Assembly (NCBI RefSeq): GCF_009914755.1
Contig: NC_060928.1
Length of the DNA stretch: 64,000 nucleotides
Reading direction: 5' to 3' (one strand)
DNA from: the human T2T-CHM13v2.0 reference genome, Homo sapiens
Numbering within the stretch: position 1 is the first letter of the stretch; every line of letters starts with the position of its first letter. The notes under the pieces are model-generated. The model was not told the DNA's origin. It was given only the letters and a program-made list of their open reading frames with translations, and searched no databases. Shown in pieces: positions 11,992-24,682 of the stretch. Position numbers and translations under genes: made by a program.

Positions 11992-14297
11992 TGTATTAGT
12001 TCATTCTCAGGCTGCTATGAAGAAATACCTAGGACTAGGAAATCTATAAAGGAAAGAGGTTTAATTGATTCACAGTTCAGCAGGGCTGGGGAGGCCTCAG
12101 GAAACTTACAATCATGGTGGGAGGGAAGCAAACACATCTTTCTTAACGTGGCGGCAGCAAGAAGTTCCGAGCAAAAGAGGAAAAAGCCCCTTATAAAGCC
12201 ATCAGATCTTGTGAGAACTTACTCACTATTCTGAGAACAGCGGTGTGGGATGACTGCCCCCATGGTTGAATTACCTCCCACCAGGTCCCTCCCATGACAT
12301 GTGGGGATTATGGGAACCACAATTCAAAATTGAGATTTGGGTGGGCACACAGCTAAACCATATCATTCCACCCCTGGCTCCTCCTAAATCTCATGTCCTC
12401 ACATTTCAAAACACAATCATGCCTTCCCAACAGTCCCCCAAAGTCTTAACTCATTCCATTATTAACCCAAAGGTCCAAGTCTAAACTGTCACCTGAGTCA
12501 AGACAAGTTCCTTTTGTCTATGAGCCTGTAAAATCAAAAGCAATTTAGCAGCTTCCTACATACAATAGGGGTACAGACATTGCATAAATATACCCATTCT
12601 AAAGGAGAGGAATTGGCCAAAACAAAGGGGCTACAGGCCCCATGAAAATCCAAAATTTAGAGAAGCAGCCAAATCTTAAAGCTCTGAAATGATCTCCTTT
12701 TAACTCCATGTCTCATATCCAGGTCATACTGATGAAAGATGTGGTCTGCCACATCCCTGAGCATCCCTGACTCTGTGGCTTTTCAGGGTATAGCCCCACT
12801 CCAGGCTGTTTTCCAAGGCTGGCGTTGAGTGTTTGCAGCTTTTCCAGGTGCACAATGAAAGCTGTTGGTGGAGCTACCATTCTGGGATTTGGGCATATGG
12901 TGGCCCTCTTCTCACAGCTTTACTAAGCAGTGCCCCAATGGGGACATTGTGTGGGGGCTCCAAACCCACGTTTCCCTTCAACACTGTTCTAGCAGAGGTT
13001 CTCCATTAGGATTCCATCCCTGCAACGAACTTCTGCATGGACCTCCAGGTGTTTCCATACATCCTCTGAAATTCAGGCAGAGGTTCCCAAACCTCAATTA
13101 TTGACTTCTGTGCACCCACAGGCTCAATATCACATGGAAGCTGCCAAGGCTTGGGCTGGCACCCTCTGAGCAATGGCCTGAAATGTAGCTCAGTCTCTTT
13201 TAGTCACAGCTGGAGCAGCTGGGATGCAGGGCACCCAGTCCCAAGGCTTCATACAACAGAGGGGCCCTGGACCTGGCCCATGATACCATTTTTTCCTCTT
13301 AGGCCACTCGGCCTGTGATGTGAGGGGCTGCTGTGAAGACATCTGACATGCCCTGGAGACATTTTCCCCATTGTCTTGGTGATTAACATTGGCTCCTAGT
13401 TACTTATGCAAATTTCTGAAGCTGGATTGAATTTCTCCTCAGAAAATGGGTTTTTCTTATCTATCTTATCATCCACCTGCAAATTTTTCAAACTTTTATG
13501 CTCTGCCTCCTCTTGAACCCTTTGCTGTGTAGAAGTTTCTTCTGCCAGATACCTTAATTATCATTCTCAAGTTCAAAGTTTCACAGATCTCTAGGGCAGG
13601 GGCAAATGCCGCCAGTCGCTTTGCATAGCAAGTCACCTTTACTCCAGTTTCCAACAAGTTCCTCCTCTCCATCTGAGACCACCTCTGCCTTGACTTCATT
13701 GTCCATGTCACTATCAGCATTTTGGTCAAGGCCATTCAACAAGTATCTAAGAAGTTTGGAACCTTCCCACATCTTCCTGTCTTCTGAGCCCTCTAAGTCT
13801 CTAGAAAGTTACAAACTGTTCCCCATTTTCCTGTCTTCTTCTGAGCCCTCCAAACTGTTCCAACCTCTGTCTGTTACCCAGTTCTAAACTTGTTTCCACA
13901 TTTTTAGGTATCTTTATAGCAGCACCCCTCTACCTGCTACAAATTTACTGTATTAGTTTGATTTTGCACTGCTATGAAGAAATACCAGAGACTGGGTAAT
14001 TTAGAAAGGAAAGAGGTTTAATTGACTCACAGTTCAGCAGGGCAGGGAGGCCTCAGAAAACTTGCAATCATGGCAGAAGGGTAAAGAAACACATCCTTCT
14101 TCACATGATGGCAGCAAGAAGAAGTGTTGAGAAACAGGGGAAAAGCCCCTCCATCAGATCTCATGAGAACTCACTCACCATCATGGGAATAGCGGCATGG
14201 GAATATTATCTCCCAAGGGTCCCTCCCATGACACATGGGGATTATGGGAACTATAATTCAAGATGAGATATGGGTGGGACACAGCCAAACCATATCA
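11992..14297 (-). mobile_element. Complete THE1 (THE1C-like) MaLR: LTR 11992-12365, internal 12366-13948, LTR 13949-14297
   Basis: Two homologous LTRs, each tgtattagtt...gctgctatgaagaaatacc...aaaccatatca, flank ~1.6 kb of THE1-internal sequence. ORF 13581-13772(-) with GLDQNADSDMDNEVKAEVVSDG is the degenerate MaLR internal ORF. Confidence 0.9.
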
Positions 14298-14859
14298 ATT
14301 AATAATTGGGTAAATGTGAATTTACTATGAAAAGTTAAAAAGAATATGGAAAATCAAAACTTCTGAGAATAGTGCAGAAATGAGTAGACTAATTTAGGAC
14401 TAACTTACAATTCTCTAAAACAAATCTGTTAAAAAAAATAGTAATTTGTGGGAAGATTTTTTAAACCAATTTTAACTTTAGTATTTATTTGTAATATTTT
14501 CTGTACTCAGGTAATAATTGTAAATAAATTGGAACAAAAAAGGTTCAGGCAGAGTTTATCTTTGAAAGAAGTTCAAATATATGCAATTTTTCTTATGTTC
14601 GAAAACCTTAGAAGTCTTTCTATAGTTTTAGGAACAAATACCTAAGTCGTCACTAGCATACACAGGGCCTTACATGATCTAATCTTGCCTACCTGTCTGA
14701 AGGTCTTATGTTTTATTCTTCCCCTCCTCAACCACTTTTCATTCTACTGAAATTTTTGCTCTTTCTTTTATGTACCTTGTTATTTTTCTCCTCAAAGCTT
14801 TTGAAATTGCTATTATTGTTGAACTGGAAATTTCTTCTCCCCAAAATGTGTTGTGGCTT

Positions 14860-15200
14860 ACTTCAGGTTGTTGTTTATGTTCTCTTGGAAGCAAATTCTG
14901 AGATGGAGAACAGAAAGTGGATTGGCTCTTGTGGAACCGAAGGCAAGGAAATAGGATAGGGCAGACGGAGATGTCAAAACTGGCAGTTGCAACAAATGTC
15001 TCATGAGGAGGTGGAGACTGGAATGGGCATTGGAAAATCCTCTGTATTGACTATTGGATGCATGTTTGGTGTGACCTTGGGTGAGGCTGCTCACATAAGT
15101 CAAGGCAAAATTAAAGAAATGATATATGAGAGTACTCCAAGAATCTGGAAGGATAAGTCATTCTATCTTAAGGGGACGTGCAGGAGACACATGACGGCAT
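14860..15200. mobile_element. Ancient ERVL-type LTR fragment (LTR16/LTR33-like) inside an L2
   Basis: ggaagcaaattctgagatgga and gtgaccttgggtgaggctgctc motifs, with L2-like sequence on both sides (14640-14850, 15270-15460). Confidence 0.4.
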
Positions 15201-17292
15201 CCACTGCTCTTCATTACATCACAGCCTCTGCAAAAAAGTACAGTCCTACAACAAGGAGTTTTACCATTTTTTCTTGCCGTATTTTTTTAAATCATAGCAC
15301 TTATTGCCACCAGGCTTTATAGCATAGTTTTATTTGTTTATTCATGTATTGTATGTTTCTCTCTTAGAACACAAGCCCCAAGGGGCTGGAATTTTATCAA
15401 TACAAATTACTACTTTATCTCTACTGTGTGGAATGATGCCAGGTGAAAACATAACTAATCAATCCTTTTTTTTTTTAATAAAAATACTGGCTTCTTTCCT
15501 TGCAAACACACACACATTGAAATATACTTTTTAAAACTTATTTAATAAATTATTTCAGACAAAACAATCCCCTGATAATTTTTCCAACAATAGTTTCATG
15601 AAGTTAGTTTTTAAATGTGATGTGGATTAACTATTAGGATTCCAGCATACATTAAAAAAAAAAGTTTAACGTAATATGTAGAAGGATGAATTTGATGATT
15701 TTTCATATACTTTTAGAGCATTTTAAAATATTTTTCTATAAGTTATTAGGATACAGGTGGTATTTAGTTACATGAGTAGGTTCTTTAGTGGTGATTTGTG
15801 AAATTTTGGTGCACCCATCACCTTAGCAGTATATACTGCACCATATTTGTAGTCTTTTATCCCTCTCCCTGCTCCCACTCTTCCCCCTAAGTCCCCAAAG
15901 TCTTTTTGATCATTCTTATGCCTTTGCATCCTCATAGCTTAGCTCCCACATATCAGTCAGAACATATGATGTTTGGTTTTCCATTCCTGAGTTACTTCAC
16001 TGAGGGTAATAGTCTACAATCTCATCCAGGTAACTGCAAATGCTGTTAATTCATTCCTCTTTAAGGCTGAGTAGTATTTCATCACACACATATATGATGT
16101 ATATATGTATGTATATATATATATATATATGATGTGTATATATATCTCACAGTTTCTCTACCCACTGGTTGATTGATGGGCATTTGTGTTGGTTCCACGA
16201 TTTTGCAATTATGAATTGTGCTGCTATAAACATGCATATTCAAGGATCTTTTTTGAATAATGACTCCGTTTCTCCTGGGTGGATACCCACTAGTGGGATT
16301 GCTGCATAAAATGGTAGTTCTACTTTTAGTTCTTTAAGGAATCTCCATACTGTTTTCCATAGTGGCTGTAATAGTTTACATTCCTACCAGCAGTGCAGAA
16401 GTGTTCCCGATCACTGCATCCATGCCAAAATCTACTTAAAAAAAATAATAATAATTATGGCCATTCTTTCAGGAGTAAGGTGGTATCACATTGTGGTTTT
16501 GATTTGGATTTCCCTGATCACTAGGGATGTTGAGCATTTTGTCATATGTTTGTTGGCTATATGTATATCTTCTTTTGAGAATTTTCTATTCATGTAATTA
16601 GCCCAATTTTTGATGGGATTTTTTTTTCTTACTGATTTGTTTGAGTTCATTGTAGATTCTGGATATTAGTCCTTTGTCAGAAGTATAGATTGTGAAGATT
16701 TTCTCCCACTCTGTGGGTAATCTATTTACTCTGCTGACTGTTCCTTTTGCCATGCAAAAGCTCTTTACTTTAATTAAGTCACAGCTATTTACTTTTGTTT
16801 TTATTGCATTTGCTTTTGGGTTTTTGGTCATGAAATCCTTGCCTAATCAAATATCTAGAAGGGTTTTTCCAGTGTTATCTTCTAGAATTTTTAAAATTTC
16901 ACGTTTTAAATTTAAGTCCTCCATCAATCTTGAGTTGGTTTTTGTATTAGGTGGGAGATGAGGATCCAGTTTTATTCTCCTACATGTGGCTAGCCAATTC
17001 AACCAGCACTATTTGTTGACAAGAGTGTCCTTTCCCCACTTTATGTTTTTGTTTGCTTTGTCAAAGATCAGTTGGTTGTAAGTATTTGAGTTTATACCTG
17101 GGTTCTCTATTCAGTTCCATTGGTCTATGTGCCTGTTTTTAATACCAGTATCATGCTGTTTTGGTGATTATGGCCTTACAGTATTGTTTGAAATCAGGTA
17201 ATGTCATGCCTCCAGATTTGTTCTTTTTGCTTAGTGTTGCTTTGGCTTTTGGGCTTTTTTAAAATTCCATATAAATTTTAGGATTTATTTTT

Positions 17293-18123
17293 CTAATTCA
17301 GGGAAGAATGATGTTGGTATTTGATGGGGATTGGATTAAATTTGTAGATTGCTTTTGGTAGCGTGGTCATTTTCACAATATTGATTCTATCCATCCGTGA
17401 GCATGGGATGTGTTTCCATTTGTTTGTGTCATCTATGATTTCTTTTAGCACTGTTTTGTAGTTTTCCTTGTAGAGGTTTTTTGACTCCTTGTTTAGGTAT
17501 ATTCCCAAGTATTTTATTTTATTTTTTGCAGCTATTGTGAAAGGGGTCAAGTTCTTGATTTGATTCTCTGTTTGGTCACTGTTGGCATATAGAAGAGCTA
17601 CTGATTTGTGTACATTAATCTTGTATCCAGAAACTTTGCTGAATTCTTTTATCAGTTCTAGAGGCTTTCTGGAGGAGTCTTTAGGGTTTTCAAGGTAAAC
17701 GATCATATCATCAGCATATAGTGACAGTCTGACTTCCTCTTTACTAATTTGGATGCCCTTTATTTCTTTCTCTTGTCTAATTGCTCTGGCTAAGACATCC
17801 AGAACTATGTTAAAGAGGAGGAGTGAGAGTGGGCATCTTTGCCTTGTTCCAATTCTCAGAGAGAATGCCTTCAACTCTTCCCTGTTCAGTTTTATGGTGG
17901 CTGTGGGTTTGTCATAGATGGCTTTTATTACATTAAGGTATGTCTCTTTTATGCCAATTTTGCTGAGAGTTTTAATCATAAAGGGATGATGGATTTTGTC
18001 GAACATTTTTTCTGCATCTATTGAAATGATCATGTGATTTTTTTTAATTTTGTTTATGCAGTGTATCACATTTATTGACTTGCATATGTTAAAGCATCCT
18101 TGGTATGAAACCAACTTGATCAT
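17293..18123 (-). pseudogene. L1 ORF2 reverse transcriptase remnant
   Basis: 276-aa frame with [22 protein letters not shown] and [10 protein letters not shown] motifs. Neighbouring ORF2 pieces are in other frames (16598-16831, 18451-19000, endonuclease region 19324-19506). Confidence 0.9.
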
Positions 18124-20095
18124 GGTGGATTATCTTTTTGATATGATGTTGGATTTGGTTAGCTAGTATTTTGTTAAGGATGTTAGCATCTATGATCATC
18201 AGGGATATCAGCCTGTAGATTTCTATTTTGGTTATGTCCTTCCCTGGTTTTGGTATTAGGTTGATGCTGGTTTCATAGAATGAATTAGGGAGGGCTCCTC
18301 TTTCTCTATCTTGTGGAATAGTGTCAAGAGGATTGGTACCAATTCTCCTTCTTTGAATGTCTGGTAGAATTCTGCTGTGAATCCATCTGGTCTTGGACTT
18401 TTATTTGTTGGTATTTTTTTGATTACCATTTTAATCTCACTGCTTGTTATTCATCCGTTCAGGGTATCTAATTCTTCCTGATTTAACCTAGTAGTGTTGT
18501 ATTTTGCCAGGAATTTATACATCTCTTCTAGGTTTTCTAGTTTATGTGCATAAAGATGTTCATAGTAGCCTTGAATGATCTTTTGTGTTTCAGTGGTAAT
18601 ATCTCCTGTTTTGTATCTTAATGAGGTTATTTCAACTTTCTCTCTTCTTTTCTTGGTTAATCTTGCTAATAGTCTATCAATTTTATTTATCTTTTCAAAG
18701 AAACAGCTTTTTGTTTTATTTATCTTTTGCATTTTTTTGTTTGTTCTTTTTAATTTCCTTTAGTTTTGTTCTGATCTTGGTTATTTCCTTTCTTCTGTGA
18801 GGGTTATGTTTGGTTTGTTCTTGTTTCTCTAGTTTCTTGAGGTGTGAACTTAGAATGTCGTTTTTTGCTCTTTCAGTCTGTTTGATGCAGACGTTTAGGG
18901 CTATGAACTTTCCTCTTAGCACCGCCTTTGCTGTATTCCAGAGGTTTTGGTAGGTTGTATCATTATTGTTATTCAGTTTGAATAATTTTTTAATTTCCAT
19001 CTTGATTTCTGTTTTTACTCAATGCTCATTTAGGAGCAAGTTATTTAATTTCCATGTATTTGCATGATTTTGAAGGTTCCTTTTGAGGTTGATTTCCAGT
19101 TTTATTCTACTGTGGTCTGAGAGAGTGCTTGATATCATTTCAATTTTTTTTGAATTTATTGAGGTTTGTTTTATGGCCTATTATATGATCTATCTTGGAA
19201 AGTTCCATGCGCTGTTGAATAGAATGTGTTTTCTGTGATTGTTGGATGAAATGTTCTGTATATATCTGTTAATTCCATTTGTTTTAAGATATAGTTTAAA
19301 TCTATTTTTTCTTTGTTGACTTTCTATCTTGATGACCTGTCTAGTGCTGTCAGTGGAGTAATGAAGTCCCCCACTATTATTGTGTTACCGTCTATCTCAT
19401 TTCTTAGGTCTATTAGTAACAGTTTTATAAATTTGGGAGCTCCAGAGCTAGGTGTGTATATGTTTAGGATTGTGCTATTTTTCTGTTGGACGAGGTCTTT
19501 TACCATTATATAATGTCTCTCTTTGTCTATTTTAACTGCTATTGCTTTAAAGTTTGCTTTGTCTGATATAAGAATAGCTACCCCTTCTTGCTTTTGGTAT
19601 CCATTTGCATGAAATACCTATTTCCACCCCTTTACTTTAAGTTTATGTGAGTCCTTATGTGTTAGGTGAGTCTCCTGAAGGCAGCAGTAGTTGGTTGGTG
19701 AGTTCTTATCCATTCTGCAGTTCTCTGTCTTTTAAGTGGAGCATTTAGGCATTTACATTAATGTTAGCATTGAAATATGAGGTACCATTCATTCCTTGGG
19801 CTCTTTGTTGCCTGTGTACTTTGTTTTTTTGTTTTTACTTTTTATTTTTGTTTTATAGGTCCTGTGTGATTTATGCTTTAAAAAGGTTCTGTTTTGATGT
19901 TTTTCCAGAATTTGTTTAAACTTTTAGAGCTCCTTTTAGCAGTTCTTCTAGTGGTGGCTTGGTAATGGCTAATTCTCTCAGTATTTGTTTGTCTGAAAAA
20001 GACTGTATCATTCCTTCATATGTGATGCTTAGTTTTACTGGATACAAAATTCTTGACTGATAATTATTTTGTTTGAGGAGGCTGAAGATAAGGCC

Positions 20096-20900
20096 TCAAT
20101 CCCTTCTAGCTTGCAGGGTTTCTGCTGTTAATCCGATAGGTTTTCCTTTAGAGGTTAAGGTTACCTGGTGCTTCTTTCTCACAGCTCTTAAGATTCTTTT
20201 CTTCACCTTAACTTTGGATAACCGGATGACAATGTGCCTAAGCAATGATCTTTTTGTGATGAATTTCCCAGATGTGCTTTGTGCTTCTTGTATTTGGATG
20301 TCTAGGTCTCTAGCAAGGCCAGAGAAGTTTTCCTTGATTATTCTTCCAAATGTGTTTTTCAAGCTTTTATAATTCTCTTCTTCCTCAGGAACATAGATTA
20401 TTCTTAGGTTTGTTTGTTTAACATAATCCCAGACTTCTTGGAGGCTTTGTTCATATTTTCCTTTTTTTTCTTTGTCTTTGTTGGACTAGGTTAATTTGAA
20501 GATCTTGTCTTGGCGCTCTGAATTTCTTTCTTCTACTTGTTTAATTCTATTGCTCAGACTTTTCATAGCATTTTGCATTTCTAAAAGTGTGTCTGAAGTT
20601 TCCTGAATTTTTGACGGTTTTTTTCTTTAAGCTATCTATTTCATTGTATATTTCCACCTTCACTTCTTGTATTGTTTTTTGGATTTCCTTGCTTTGGGCT
20701 TTGCCTTTCTCTGGGGCATCCCTGAATAGCTTAATGACTAACCTCCTGAATTCTTTTAGAGGTAAATCAGGAATTTCTTCTTGGTTTGAATCCATTGCTA
20801 GTGAACTAGTGTGATTTTTGGGGGATGTTAAAGAGCCTTCTTTTGTCATATTACCAGGGTTGATTTTCTGCTTTCTTCTCATTTGGGTAAGCTCTGTCAA
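20096..20900 (-). pseudogene. L1 ORF1 remnant (frameshifted)
   Basis: Frames containing IIKENFSGLARDLDIQIQEAQ...RHIVIRLSKV...GKPIGLTAETLQARRD and EFRRLVIKLF. Confidence 0.85.
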
Positions 20901-22366
20901 AGGGAAAGTCTAGGGCTGAAGGCTGTTGTTCAGATTCTTTTTTCTCACAGGGTGTTCTCTGATGTAATACTTTTCCCCTTTTCCTGTGGAGGTAGCTTCC
21001 TGTGAACTGAACTGCAGTGATTGTTGTTTCTCTTCCGGGTCTAGCCACCAGTGACTCTGCTGCCAGGGTGGGTAGGGAAGGACCATCAGTTGGGGGCAGG
21101 GCTAGGCATATCTGAGCTCAAACTCTCCTTGGGTGGGTCTTGCTGAGGCTGCTGTGGGGGATGGGAGTGAGATTCCCAGGTCACTGGAGTTGTGTATGTA
21201 GGAGGATTATGGTTGCCTCTGCTGAGTCATGCAGGTTGACAGGGAAGTGGGGAAAACCAGCCATCACAGACCTCACCCAGCTCCCACACAAACCGAGGTG
21301 CCGGTCTCACTCCCACCATGCCCCCTGCAACAGCTATAAGTCTGTTTCCAGGTGGTGGGCAAGACAGGCTTGAAAATTTGTCTCAGGCTACCCACTTGCC
21401 AGCTGTGAAAGAAAAGGGCTTGGTTATTCTCCCGCCCAAGGAGTCTGCACACAGGATTTGTACCTGCCCCCTTCACCGGAGTTCTGGCAAGGAAGCTCCT
21501 TGTCCCGTTCGAATTGTTACGAAGTTCAGCTAGAGATTTCCTTCTCCCTATGGAGTTTTAGCCCCGCTCCTCTAGCCACCCTCCTGATGGATCCCTGTGG
21601 TGCCAGGCAGGAATGGGCTGCTTGGGGACCCAGTGAGCTCCCAGGGCCTTTCTGCTGCTTCCTCTACCGTATATTTCACGTGGCTCCCTAAATTGACTCA
21701 GCTCCAGGTAAGGTCGGAAACTTTTCCCACAAACAGACCCTCAGTTTCTCCAGTGGAGGTGTGTGTTCCGGAGAGGAGAGTCTCTTTTTACCACTTCCGC
21801 AGTTGGAGCACTCACAGTATTTGGAGTGTCTTCAGGGTCCTGCAGCAGCAGTCTGCTTCCTTCCGAGGGTCTGTCTTTAGAGCAATTTTTTGTATTTGCA
21901 AATTTTATTATGTAAGTCCATGAGATGAAATGTATGGGAGGAATACTAATTGAGATCTTTAACATATATTTTATTAAAAATTAAACTTTCAAAATCCTCT
22001 AGATTTCCAAGAAGGAAGCTTCTATAGCTGGAGAAGACAATGCCACTATATTCACAAAATAACATTTTATTTTTCCTCTCTCAGCAAACATCCACTAAAT
22101 TACGAAGTACTGACTTTAAGGAGAACAAATTTCAGCTGTTAAATATTATTTTTTATTCTCTTTTAAATAACAGAAAAATGAAATACAATCTTTTGAACAA
22201 AAATTTCCCAAACTACTAGTGATATGTAATTAATATTTGAGATGGACCATCCATTTTTCTCTTAGTATTGGGAGTAAAAACAAATAGAACTGATGAGAAA
22301 TGTGAGTCACAAATTATTCTTGACTAAGAGTATTATATTCCAGCAAAAGTGAGACAGTAAATTATC

Positions 22367-23357
22367 TTTTCTTTTATTTTAGGTTCAGGGGTACATGTAC
22401 AGGTTTGTTATATAGGTAAATGGCTTTTCGTGGGGGTTTGGTATACAGATTAGTTTTTCCTCCAGATAATAAGCATAGTACATAATAGGTAATTTTTTGA
22501 CCCTTACACTTCTCCCATCCTCCACCCTCGAGTAGGTGCCAGTGTCTGTTGTTCCTTTCTTTGTGCCTGTATGTACTAGATGTTTAGCTCTCACTTGTAA
22601 TTGAGAACATGTGGTATTTATTTTCTGTTCCTGTGTTAGTTTGCTTAGAATAATGGCCTCCAGCTGCATCAGTGTTGCTTCAAAGGACATCATCTCCATT
22701 TTTATGGCTGTATAGTATTCCACAGTGTATATGTGCCACCTTTTCTCCATCTGGTCTATCACTGATGGACATTTAGGTTGCTTCCATGTCTGTGCTATTG
22801 TGAATAGTGTCACAATAATATATGTGTGCATGTGTCTTTGTGGTAGAATGATTTATATTCCTTTGAGTATATACCCAATAATGGCATTGCTGGATTGAAT
22901 GGTAATTTGACTTTAAGTTGTTCCAGAAATTGCCAAATTGCTTTCAACAGTAGCTGAACTAATTTACATTTTTCTTTCCACAGTGGTTGAACTAATTTAC
23001 ATTCCCACTAGCAGTGTATAAGCATTCTCTTTTCTCTACAACCACACCAGCATCTGTTATTTTTTGACTTTTTAATAATAACTATTCTGATTGGTGTGAG
23101 AGGGTATCTGATTGTGTTTTGGTTTGCGTTTCTCTAATGATTAATGATGTTAAGCATTTTTTCATGTGCTTGTTTGTCACATGTATGCCTTTTGAAACAT
23201 GTTTGTTTATGTCCTCTGTCTATTTTTAATGCAGTTATTTGTTTTTTGATTGCTGGTTTAAGGTTCCTGTACTTTATGGATATTTGGCATTTGTTGAATG
23301 CATACTTTTCAAATATTTTCTCCCATTCTATAGGTTGTCTGTTTACTCTGTTGATAT
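22367..23357 (-). mobile_element. L1 3' fragment (older L1PA, ~L1PA15-16)
   Basis: ttcaggggtacatgtacaggtttgttatataggtaaa 3'UTR. ORF 22385-22831(-) includes the ORF2 C-terminus LFTIAQTWKQPKCPS. Confidence 0.85.
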
Positions 23358-24291
23358 TCTATCGAAGAAACAGAGTTTTTTTTGTTACAATTACATAATT
23401 ATTTCTAAGCATTTTTTAATATTCTGAACTATGTTTCTAACATATTCTGACCCTTGTAAAAAGGAAAACATCTGTGTTTTATAACAATCTTTTTCATTAT
23501 TTAGAAACATTACAAATATAATTCAGTATCTGTCACCCTCAACAAACCAGCCAGAAAAAAGATGAAGAAAAAGCAGAAGTTTAATCGGCTGTGAACAGCT
23601 AATAAGAACATTTTTATTGATGATTTCAGATATATAAAAAATAATAACATTAGTCTGAATATCAGAAGAAATAATAGAATAATTTGAAAGTTAACTTGAA
23701 AAAATTGTTTTTGTTGGCCCTTGTCAGTTTGCAAATGAGAAATTGTTTACATGTGAAAAGTATGAGTTAGGTGGACAAAATGGGGGAAGAAATGAAATTG
23801 CTACTTAATTATGTAATTTGGGGCTCAATTTTAGAAAGTTAAATTTGTACCTAAAATGGAAGCGCTCATTACTTGCTCTTCAATCTTTTTTAATTCAATA
23901 ACTTTTTCACTATAGTTGTGAAATTAATAAAAATTTAAAATTGATTAATTAAATTTAAAAATGCTAATTTTCTCTGTATTGGCTTTTAGTTTGCTCTGTT
24001 CCACAAATTCAAAATATGGTGTAAAAATAGTATGAATTAAAATAAGCCAATATATTTCACTTATAGTGCAAGCTAATATTAGTCTTTTAATAATAAAATT
24101 TCTACGTGTAAACAGCCTATATGACTTATATGATAGACATGTTAAATCTTACTTACACAATGCTAAGAGGTAGATTTTCAAGAAATGCAATAACAGAATA
24201 ATTTTCAAAAAACTTTGACTTCATAAAGAGCAAACAAAATAGTTTAGTGATTGAGTTTTTTATTATAAGTTAGTGATTATGCTGTTACACA

Positions 24292-24487
24292 ACATGGTCA
24301 GCAAGCATCTGTAAGGCATCAAATTGTAAACATTTTGAGTTTGCAGGGCCATTAGGTCTCTGTGTAACAATCAAACATGAAAGCAACCATAGCCGTTACA
24401 TAAACAAAAAAGTTATCTGGGTTTCAATAATCTTTAACTTACAAGAAAAGGCACGGGTAAATCTTGGCTTCTAACACCATTCTCTAG
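24292..24487. mobile_element. MER58A-like hAT-Charlie MITE
   Basis: ggtcagcaa...ctgtaagg...gtaaacattttgagtttgcagggcca...gaaagcaaccatag...caataa pattern. Confidence 0.6.
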
Positions 24488-24612
24488 TCAGGAAAAAAAA
24501 AAAACCAACCTTTTTTTTTTTTTTTTGAGAAATAGCTGATTTCAAGACCGGGAGGGAATATGCAAGATGATCCTAGAACATTCTTATCTGTTGTAAAGTA
24601 AAGAAGTGCTAA

Positions 24613-24650
24613 ACACACACACAGATGCACAGACACACACACACACACAG

Positions 24651-24679
<29 letters not shown>
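24613..24679. repeat. (CA)n microsatellite, interrupted
   Basis: Read directly from the sequence. Confidence 0.95.

Positions 24680-24682
<3 letters not shown>

Larger units (their letters stand above)
15721..21874 (-). mobile_element. Near full-length L1PB (L1PB1-like) with target-site duplication
   Basis: L1PB-type 3'UTR (acaggtggtattt...acatgagt...gttctttagtggtgatttgtga), continuous ORF2 and ORF1 remnants, and a GC-richer 5'UTR at ~20900-21874. TSD tttagagca at 15712-15720 and 21876-21884. Confidence 0.92.

Noticed and set aside
13760-13860. Tandem duplication giving SHIFLSSEPSK / FPIFLSSSEPSK in ORF 13606-13887
   Set aside because: It lies in THE1-internal sequence and, from recollection, is part of the family consensus rather than a local novelty.
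16085-16146. (TA)n tract inside the L1PB
   Set aside because: A microsatellite expansion at a position where L1PB 3' regions commonly carry TA repeats.
22940-23005. Short duplication of cagt.g.tgaactaatttacatt within an L1
   Set aside because: An ordinary local slippage duplication in a dead element.
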